NCBI GenBank assembly: GCA_001687465.1
Contig: LVLI01000127.1
Coordinates: forward strand, 50,013 to 70,012
Origin: Halocafeteria seosinensis
Lineage: Eukaryota
Direction: 5' to 3'
Length of the DNA stretch: 20,000 nucleotides
The notes under the pieces are model-generated. The model did no database searches, was not told where the DNA came from, and saw nothing but the letters and a program-made list of their open reading frames with translations. Each line of letters opens with the position of its first letter. Position 1 is the stretch's first letter. This document shows positions 17,401 through 20,000 of this stretch, in pieces. Made by a program: the position numbers and the translations under genes.

Positions 17401-19202
17401 ACTTCCGATGTAAAGTACGGGAGACGGAGACAAAGCAAATCAGTTTACCGAAACTGGATGAAAGTATTTTCCCGCCTTCTGGCAAGCCGATATATTTGAA
17501 TCCTGTGGTGGATTCAAGCTGTTGGTCTTGTCCTTCTTCACTGGCTGTCCATAAACAGGAGAATGCCAAACTGCAGGTAACCTTCCAACCGTCCCAGATG
17601 ACATCTCAAGTTGAACACCCTGCGGACGTTCCTCTACCGACAGCGATTAAGGAAATGGAACGTCCAGATCTGCTTAGCGGCTCTCTGTTCGTCTCTCTTC
17701 CCGACGGCACCGGCTTACTGTATTCATTGGCTGGGCAAGCAGATGCTCCTTCATCGCTAGACCCGGTACAACAAACTGCTCCTGCCAAGTCTCCCTGTCA
17801 AGTGAAGCTTGATGTCAAAAACTGGCTCGCTAAGGTACAACGCTTACAAGTACAGTTTTCCCAAGTCCCTCCGACTTGCTCAATTAGAGGACCGAAAACA
17901 CTTGAGTTACAGGCTCTGTCGCCGAAGACTTATACAGCCACGTTTGAAAACATGCTTGAAGGATCGCAAACAGTTTTTGTCGCATTTGTAAACGAGAAAA
18001 CAGGAGAGTACGCTTGGGGTAAATTTACCGTTGCTACGGAAAAGGCTGCGGTGTTATCCACGTATAAGCTTGAGACACGCTGCAGAAAACCCACAGTAGC
18101 TAATATCCAGATACGTAACCCGCTGAGCGACGAAAGCTCTTTGACGTTTTCGGAGCCTGTGTGCACAAACCCATATGTTTACATGAGGAGGAATCCCTTG
18201 AAGAGTACTGATCGAGTGACAACATTCACGTTGTTATATGTGCCTCTGAGAAAGACATCTACCGAAACGACAGGAGAAGCTCAGGTGAAAACTTCCGATC
18301 GACCGTCTAGCAGCCAAGGAAAGAAAGGTAAGCAAGCATCGAAAAAAGGCTCAAAAGATACTCCGGAGTCGATTCAGACGGAAGATCTCCCCACTGCTCC
18401 CTCTGCTCTCTCGCGTGAGCATGAATCTGCTGTAGTTGGAATCCGCTCAGCGGAATTAGGGGACTTCTTTTACTCCCTACAGCTCAAGGCAAGTGCAGCA
18501 GCAGATGATGGAACTTTGCAGTTCGAAGTCGAGTTGGGAAGTTCTAAAACGAAACCATTTCACTTTGAACATTACTCTCTTTCGCCGGCAACGTACGAGT
18601 GCCGCATAGACACATCTGATGCTGATGCTGGTGCTGAGAACTACTTCAGTGTGCCGTCGAGCGTAGATGTGTCTGAAGCTAGCTTAACTAATGAAGAGAG
18701 CGAGCTGGAGTTTCTGCCCTCCAATGGTATCGTTCATGTGCAATTCGAGCCTGGGAGAATCGGGACAACGTCGGCAACGCTTGTGTTGACTTCGAAGGAG
18801 GACAAGAGCGAGTACCGTTGTCACATTCGCGCCACTTGTTCTGCTCCAAGGCCAGTTGGACCTCTCGATTTAAGCAGCACTAGTAGCACAAGTATTCACT
18901 TCAAGAACGTGTTGGCGAAGCAAGCTTCCTATTCCGTCAATTCTGACAGCAGCTACTTCGCCCCAAGTACCGGGGAGATCTCGTTGAATTCAAAAGCCGA
19001 GACTGACATTTCAGTCAGTGTTGATGCCTCGCAAGACACAGTTTCTGATACTTCTGTAATGAGGACTGGAAAGCTAGTGTTGCGATGTACAACGGAACCC
19101 AGTTTGCCTCCGTGGGTTTTCTACCTGCAGCATGTTCCCAGTTCGAACACGGTCACATCAGGACGCCCCTCCTCTGGTAGCAAGAAGAAAGGCAAGAAAT
19201 AA
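2296..19202 (+). CDS. HYDIN: Hydrocephalus-inducing protein homolog (HYDIN), axonemal central-pair apparatus protein, ~5562 aa; join(2296..2490,2568..2789,2865..3017,3084..19202)
   Basis: The size (>5000 aa) fits. The spliced N-terminus ...MTPSEL...PEIIELLNIADHTRQ...LF...IEFRNFQPFE...LKLMNQDSVPRRVRVVQPDTPFFRV...VAPG...FKPQECKDYAYDVVVVTEREKFVVPLRAIGPRPFLTFPD matches the HYDIN N-terminus. Further HYDIN-typical segments are GRESRLPLQLSGMGIGP, FKGHVIGPTFH, YVLDFG, YRWMIPAK, LVAESCIP, FAPTMMYRSR and the terminal WVFYL. Many ASH/Ig-like repeats (FG...N.G...F...P..G.L.PG) and a central adenylate-kinase-like domain are present. Stop is TAA at 19200..19202. Confidence 0.96.
2491..2567 (+). other. HYDIN intron 1 (77 nt, phase 0)
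   Basis: GTACGT donor and CTGCAG acceptor. Splicing joins M to TPSEL, giving the HYDIN-like 'TPSE' N-terminal motif. Confidence 0.75.
2568..2789 (+). CDS. HYDIN: HYDIN exon 2 (TPSELYWTM...KSPEIIE)
   Basis: It lies inside tracked ORF 2517..2834. TPSE... and PEIIE correspond to the conserved HYDIN 'TPSEF...PQIIELLD' segment. Confidence 0.85.
2790..2864 (+). other. HYDIN intron 2 (75 nt, phase 0)
   Basis: GTATGT donor and a strong pyrimidine tract with acceptor CTTCTCCCTTCTTCCTTGCAG. It contains an in-frame TGA (2832..2834). Splicing yields PEIIE|LLNIAD. Confidence 0.92.
2865..3017 (+). CDS. HYDIN: HYDIN exon 3 (LLNIADHTRQ...LKLMNQDS)
   Basis: It lies inside tracked ORF 2859..3047 and encodes the start of the first ASH-like domain (LFSTKPGCIEFRNFQPFEETTQKLKLMNQDS). 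Confidence 0.92.
3018..3083 (+). other. HYDIN intron 3 (66 nt, phase 0)
   Basis: GTATGT donor, branch-like GCTGAC at 3048..3053 and TTACAG acceptor, with an in-frame TGA at 3045..3047. Splicing gives NQDS|VPRRVRVV, as in the HYDIN 'NNDKIPRLVKVV' segment. Confidence 0.93.
3084..19202 (+). CDS. HYDIN: HYDIN exon 4 (16,119 nt open frame, 5372 aa)
   Basis: This is tracked ORF 3075..19202 minus its first three codons, which are intronic. There is no stop codon over 16.1 kb. Confidence 0.95.
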   Translation, partial: VPRRVRVVQPDTPFFRVTGPVSTAGTPLADSRVAPGVEVVFFIHFKPQECKDYAYDVVVVTEREKFVVPLRAIGPRPFLTFPDRLEFQSVTVKSSSTRTFVVRNIGDKVCQFFLSVQDYQDDGRQDDTLNQLSMYSKSLTQESSGVSLLRGVQAWDVSPREGTVPVGGNMQITVRFTPYESRWYKGRLTVSYSEGVDVHVGLEGKAYDVNVFLDSDSLVMEKSYITLTSQNSCYVYNKSDMPVHYSWKAIARKEGENNERLRLCEKLQQLYERERSSIVEQETLRPASPENISDEGDAYYDEHANLEANEFNAILPLDSKAKLSAIERKYQNLFRQVMFDELLFTDGAFKIEPIQGTIWAHSHQQFSVTFTPSTAATYRITAFLEVSGRESRLPLQLSGMGIGPKAAFNFDIMDVGDIFVSSTHHYLLTMTNKGDIPAEWSVANPTTPFGSKFSFDPSQGVLAVGSAQNIMVNFSSDLLGEFSEIFEFKLEGSMEPLYVQFKGHVIGPTFHADVDELGFGIVPYEFLATKKFKLYNTSDTKFSFDMRVPHDETEFEREFDIVPPRVEVDADSSAEVTVDFVSRHAKEYDCYLAVDVVGVGRDLLSIPIKAHCVVPPVRSKDHQIEFGTAFLGYPYRKTVRLVNDGDLPARYEVLPQEEQHAFVAAFHTFDPRGTIPPNEMRVVEFEFRAHRIGPISVPMHIQVSGTDTPLLVELRARGSGPVVSAKPASLDWGKIPCLHDRHLSLQLQNTSLISAPFKTFLKNPRSKFAVDVVDGVIEPGEKTELTLTAHVDDTIQHKDYLYVVIENSDSVVVPLKATGTGTTIYCEDDLETIDFDYQFTRRPFKKSFILENRGRRTQTLFWANSTAKARESGKGKGKERESDESTAIFSVEPSSVTLKPRTACVFTVHGMCSQRGNVEETLECSSRVADDNLTRVIFNSCVKARLIQPVISADPPSFCFEYFYKVGETPAGIAPREKTLQEAPLTIQNESNLQLSCSLQCGSAFDIEPKHCKIQAKGSYDLTVYFDPGFGQELQSKTLDDCIKVRYEEHPHTDAIPLRGSMNFPNLEIEYSHVEFGHVLNDTTKTQRVLVSNCSNCPAEVSWSFLEDERGAGDANSRLPHIPVNQVFDILPVRFRLEPYEAEYVEFAFYAHEDRSFTGTAVCEVAGGPTYELELSGSGGSLGYELSKDSIDFGQCLFDRQHEEVLTLYNTSRVNFSYNIRTSLLSREDIFVVQPASGVVAGNDKQTLSIKLLPGIPGLVEETLVLEVAHFEPIMVKVRAESIAASVVARLPRRITVLWEQACESSLQKFVDGLTKEENSGDNVHMSSFLSSLSLESSDFSASSGPAELMGGSQSSLQEGEKQQLIRVYTEVAKSLMSNESFRASRADFESSAFQFSRKELLGEMERECVRQAFSGFLSTVAASSEEGKNVSWWTILKQYKNKSTALDQILDRALSSGYETLSLKAQRVGDRSLSVPERFVACRYVLDFGTIVAGGIKKKTCQISNIGGISCSFTVDGQIARYIGFRIEPTKVSNLPQGESAEISVEYAATMEKFDVKAPTQDLVYSSLCEPKELSGKLPLGRRTVEVPVWVNNGPAIMLELRANVCVPHVQILQPKELSFGTLLVGQAACASIEIFNPCPISVCWKQTLPKVRGTIEESAFDAYPSEGTLLPLQHSVVDVVFAPRSPGESQSTFLFTSDRRAPAANIVVRGSARAPLVKLDPTSVGFGPCFPCASSTYTDVRLVNDEENDVEVFSMDFDPVAKQEADLIEEAGSEGCIGLLLRDFGKSGYQFLRDSLSRLNDQNMFSEDKLLPFYQVHSDFPDDLGRSRENSRGSKIWAADVVSPRGQVQALDVVVVGPPLCGKTTYATRLCEDMDLLYITVDDCIEWARSGWGGSLLQDSVLLDMAHSFIEKERMKQERPESSDSAKKSNKKSSARKASKDAEAEEHSVVDIDTAVEMARQDTLSSASVTYNVLVSIFRSRLTRFDASSGVVVDGLHSRFADPVTVLRALKQGDEHGRLHMINVSLSTEEIVERWKHLLQVAEEQETVPKEGGNEDAGSGHQEETARSASDLVVRLRKYLEEEERLPEEEVCIQPTASWKKEEAELRVVWDEKHRDSVGSVTKGSTSQPKERTEEEKEITSEEEHKPEEEHVEETEREEVAPGSGSSRHDGLEKETDNSELLPSRTWVDVYVSLQGEEFISEVKKLVYKDDRFVFSDDGSTLSPSYIYQSRSEGLSLPKMRLMSSQAYRGSSAPLPRNSNGSFVFSVTNCNDENTNYRWMIPAKAYADFRLVFATLSPGHFNASLRFGVVGSLHQLRLSATGFSTWPDIERDISRLVERRQARRRRRPALASAPFDALSWTEDSYLSDKKESDMLIQHIRFWGEINKQYVSDEGVLDLGPVPAARLPALRHFAVPPLDSKEAIKGKVDNAPVAVKSVITDVASKHVVRIRLRNPGHVPCTLNVGLLGPDRVRVWRIQSKNVPSESPRQKPEGSKRKGSTVDVKEVGSQRSPSYFSDTDEMDLLTGDREPGALAKDTSRGDWRSKTSSAFLIEPASGIVLEPEESTEVLLWAFPPEERRYENTLVITAQENPHPLLIPITCSGAVAHLSLQGTWRSSMKSLIERNKADVLAPLYDAAQTQSESKEASPNVEEESKKVESVFDDALRSSSPFGLLGFGKLLKGNSDSKSLSIVNSSILAMDWCVDPTFLKDNPAVDVSPSEGVLQPGETLALKITYNTSSQSSASTMNCCLPIFYGETASQSVRALTVSEEEMSPEVKDMVGFVRENAVTELSQKETDFEECLADASARANEIVGETLATTSQKGKEGKKPKAEASKAAGGAKGKKEAAKTGKGGGGQSKKTEKSGSIMEACSFEQPLFSVYKAALRPPLDCVAIRLTGEAYEVQPSISFAQPEGKTSTPPKDQKKRKGSGSAPEAPAEPLSVDLLDFGSIRVSESVVKSLAIANSGKYDMKVLAGIGGSRNTSKHARQNRLSRLCGDASAGRHFEISPTEHLLHPGETVSLDVSFSPSDEIQIHEAEILELSLVDALSGQVNEVKWVGVTASSSFSSFHYAPSKSLNFGALHCEESSTRSIQLFNDGKFEFRYELVVQGSDRDKELLNLSTGPTWVLDPSGSDRPASAKQEKTKGKKGGRRDSAEAAGASLQTQAFTLTPKMGTVSPGENVTVQTSFDATVFPDNLSSAKVRFHVSGAPNTAAVEKNSCIGLVAESCIPKVANDWNTVFEEHMIIDHEDDLEKSDPADRPAAFAVAERRFDMGVISSSSGIAAERFRLMNPSKVFAAVQVTVTSLTEQEALTVQRLGPSALESKGLDQKSSSKPAKGGKSESESPRDSDFAVRPDTAEIAPYDSRYFDVELSASSIGKYFGMIQVAVSNAPESRPFWFIVSCDRTLPQVHVVCPESRASSGNLLVKYDNLLEGDNADSSLVLQNPGKVPCSAHFSASIESVHVNGSPLEKDKLSGIRNVVRSIFTVPDEVSLRLDAGERQETAISAAVPSDFFSVVSETLHYESPANRISIICLCSMHVLNNKFARDTVEIQVDVTRNIVQLLNIPPVPALWVARQGKVQKAATEESAKAPQKGKKGGKAKAPSKEVTEDITESAPPVGRALVLGELIVPKCEDVSQGIKVGQENLSYDEAICGYNKAHITVANSSTRPIRGQWRVKAPFALSPSVFHLPPGERVPVEATFNPQELGEFLDYDASLECSFVTYQESVIKERSDKSPRANEQSSSKSKPQKGKSSTSPRPTSDAPKATSVYADLSKEQIVTWSSSDCNIRYVSLDSEEGKAALEYPDSGQDRWLDVSIDRSKMRAKVWERQPEPDCAFCDEDGAVLDAPSLHQSQFDSEGLLPVNYAATNRRLRLSAIADTPDYEVSERKLRFAPTMMYRSRTRTITVVNCSRISSKVTWNCMADSDNKEDADIPVPFSVSPKTQLVEAQREQGFDVEFAPVEVHSGRFSAFCDIPALQHRYRLESILNGIAPVDDSRLSVALEGVAQRPIVHVDLPKLNYFSSGRRPANLPPLEDNDALNRLLGGAFDTPLSQNLHVVEMTSLGVMVRNRAGFYVVNPTGADNKFTWEKLTELTPADVNTVGSPFKCKTSGGVILSGGRYEMAFEYSPRSAHPVEAVYRLSVPAHGIYLYFLLVGQVREPCIRFNPPRIGFKKLLVGSSETHQVDIVNDEKVPFQFEFDQSDISGTIEETKSRSQPVQVVSLGATSGTVAPESSYRLSVTFRPQLERRYNFNLKCFVPKRSNPLTLNVKGEGYQLVERVSVEDDPLAQTPFKDVSPSITSRISFGAVRVGEQASKRLMFRNKGMFPFEVDSKLESPSSGIDSSIVSVSSDLVRVPPGDQCTVEVIFSPNSLLRLDDVHLRCVVAGTKVYRFSLHGESTYPQVRLSTKQVQFGSCPVPPPSCSGILPASRRVYIRNSEEYSSANVALGTNLQGIDHLYTEFSPQVLDPGDEAYFDVIFTPREMKFYRDTLQIIVDEKYPIDLVISGEGVPISLVPLHQPVVDFGAPSRMTRSERKLEVANQSKVRLPILFCESSDDPGRLLEGTVFAESNAYGVRMSPPAASPSSNQKVALSLYFNPQQRFDLKSFRFGYRIHGLDEVRDASNGSVVAHELPALPSLSEDTIQHGLSEWMDCFSVRAGCHDVDVTLDTDTLHFAGVCVGSQSTKQLRLANTGDIGINFEWDTDRVREFTIAPNKGFVSAHSDQVFDVTFAPSRVSQDIRYPSVTCKIDQGTPLRVALVGECVSRPSESVDKIDFRCKVRETETKQISLPKLDESIFPPSGKPIYLNPVVDSSCWSCPSSLAVHKQENAKLQVTFQPSQMTSQVEHPADVPLPTAIKEMERPDLLSGSLFVSLPDGTGLLYSLAGQADAPSSLDPVQQTAPAKSPCQVKLDVKNWLAKVQRLQVQFSQVPPTCSIRGPKTLELQALSPKTYTATFENMLEGSQTVFVAFVNEKTGEYAWGKFTVATEKAAVLSTYKLETRCRKPTVANIQIRNPLSDESSLTFSEPVCTNPYVYMRRNPLKSTDRVTTFTLLYVPLRKTSTETTGEAQVKTSDRPSSSQGKKGKQASKKGSKDTPESIQTEDLPTAPSALSREHESAVVGIRSAELGDFFYSLQLKASAAADDGTLQFEVELGSSKTKPFHFEHYSLSPATYECRIDTSDADAGAENYFSVPSSVDVSEASLTNEESELEFLPSNGIVHVQFEPGRIGTTSATLVLTSKEDKSEYRCHIRATCSAPRPVGPLDLSSTSSTSIHFKNVLAKQASYSVNSDSSYFAPSTGEISLNSKAETDISVSVDASQDTVSDTSVMRTGKLVLRCTTEPSLPPWVFYLQHVPSSNTVTSGRPSSGSKKKGKK
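8643..9180 (+). other. Adenylate-kinase-like P-loop domain within HYDIN
   Basis: DVVVVGPPLCGKTT (Walker A at 8658..8684) is followed by LLYITVDDCIEWA, and later by GVVVDGL (from 9057), equivalent to the NMP-kinase 'GxxxDG' strand. End coordinate is approximate. Confidence 0.8.
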
Positions 19203-19285
19203 CTGGATCTCAGAGGAAATAGTCGTTTGTGGCCCCACAAGTGTAAATAATTGACAAATTGCACGTCCCTGTTTTTGTATATACC

Positions 19286-19313
19286 TATACCATGGTATAT
19301 ATATATATATACC
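19286..19313. repeat. (TA)8 microsatellite (19296..19311) overlapping the 14-bp palindrome TATACCATGGTATA (19286..19299)
   Basis: Read directly from the sequence; located in the AT-richer spacer downstream of the HYDIN stop. Confidence 0.85.
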
Positions 19314-19571
19314 CAGCACTACCGAGAACCAGTACCCTCTGCCCACTTTCCGCACCAGGCCCCATACCTCATATCAGAAGTGCGGTACCTTAAACTACTG
19401 CGGCATTTGGGGCTATATACGAGACGATGTAACACAAGAGTTATATGCATGTATCAGTAACAACTAGCGAACTTTGTGTTTGAATAACTCAAATAACGTA
19501 TTTTTGAGTTAAGATATATATAAAGAAAACACTCAGCCTATATACGAGCCGCTGTGAAGTTCAGCCCGGAT

Positions 19572-19946
19572 TCATCTCTGCCTATTTCGAGCTATTCTTG
19601 AGGCCAAAACGTCTTTGGAACCATAAATAGGACGAGAAATGGAGCTACAGAGCCTCTGGAGTTGAGCTATGGATTTGTTGCGCAGGTCTAAGAAGGTATC
19701 GTTAGCTGCGGCCAGTGTTGTGGCTGTCGCGCGACGTGTCTGATAACCAAGATCTGCTCGTCTGTACGCATGACGTCCTTTATTGAAGATGGGGTGAGCG
19801 CTTGCACTGCCATATATTTCTGAAGATGTTTCATCTGGCTCCGTCGAAGCTTCCACGGAGTCGCTGTCGAGTTCAGAGTCGCCAGTTTGGGTAGAACGGG
19901 GAGCTCGATCCGCTTGGTTTCCACTAGAGCGTCTTGATACGTTATC
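19572..19946 (-). CDS. Probable terminal exon (or remnant) of a protein with a C-terminal SAP-like DNA-binding motif; 5' part unresolved, probably beyond the window
   Basis: The frame is open from 19946 to the TGA at 19574..19572. An S/D/E-rich linker precedes LDLRNKSIAQLQRLCSSISRPIYGSKDVLASRIARN (19691..19584), which fits the SAP pattern LxxLxVxELKxxLxxxGLxxxGxKxxLxxRL. There is no in-frame ATG, and stops lie at 19949..19947 and 19973..19971, implying an upstream intron or decay. Confidence 0.5.
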   Translation of the reverse strand, partial: DNVSRRSSGNQADRAPRSTQTGDSELDSDSVEASTEPDETSSEIYGSASAHPIFNKGRHAYRRADLGYQTRRATATTLAAANDTFLDLRNKSIAQLQRLCSSISRPIYGSKDVLASRIARNRQR

Positions 19947-20000
19947 TTAGGTGCCATGGCCATCTGTATTTCACCAATACTGCCGTCGACTCATTTGTGG

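Noticed and set aside
3645..18166. Many 60-254 aa antisense or alternate-frame ORFs nested in HYDIN (e.g. 7910..8488, 10454..11218)
   Set aside because: These are expected shadow ORFs of a long, roughly 50% GC coding sequence. They are Ser-rich mirror translations with no motifs.
5700..18340. Donor-like hexamers inside the long exon (e.g. GTAAGG ~5713, GTACGT ~6216, GTATGT ~6513 and ~10253, GTAAGC ~18328) as additional introns
   Set aside because: The frame stays open and several sites fall within HYDIN-like domain sequence. I found no matching pyrimidine-rich acceptor at the ~70-nt spacing seen for the real introns, though the check was by eye only.
3075..19202. Giant ORF as a bacterial adhesin or Ig-repeat surface protein, a PKS/NRPS, or a viral polyprotein
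   Set aside because: The repeats are ASH/Ig-like domains arranged with HYDIN-specific motifs. Spliceosomal introns flank the ORF, and there are no KS/AT/A-domain, protease or polymerase motifs.
1..20000. CRISPR arrays, tRNA/rRNA genes, tandem repeat arrays, intact transposons
   Set aside because: I saw no regularly spaced direct repeats, RNA-gene signatures, terminal repeats or intact transposase/RT ORFs by inspection.

Overview
Eukaryotic genomic DNA in the standard genetic code, with short (66-77 nt) GT-AG spliceosomal introns. It most likely comes from an intron-poor flagellated protist (inference). The window is dominated by one + strand gene for HYDIN, the giant axonemal central-pair protein. 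I reconstruct it as join(2296..2490,2568..2789,2865..3017,3084..19202), about 5562 aa: three small 5' exons that the ORF track does not join, then one uninterrupted reading frame of about 16.1 kb. Upstream and divergent is a - strand type II membrane glycosyltransferase of the GT54/MGAT4-like family, join(976..303,228..<1), which runs off the window. Downstream and convergent is the probable last exon of a - strand gene ending in a SAP-like motif. There are no prokaryotic, CRISPR or RNA-gene features and no clear mobile element. I do not see a convincing novel multi-gene system. The points worth a second look are the HYDIN gene architecture, its intact P-loop, its recurrent RPxS/KGKK basic insertions, the protist MGAT4-like enzyme and the unexplained 1.3 kb divergent intergenic region.
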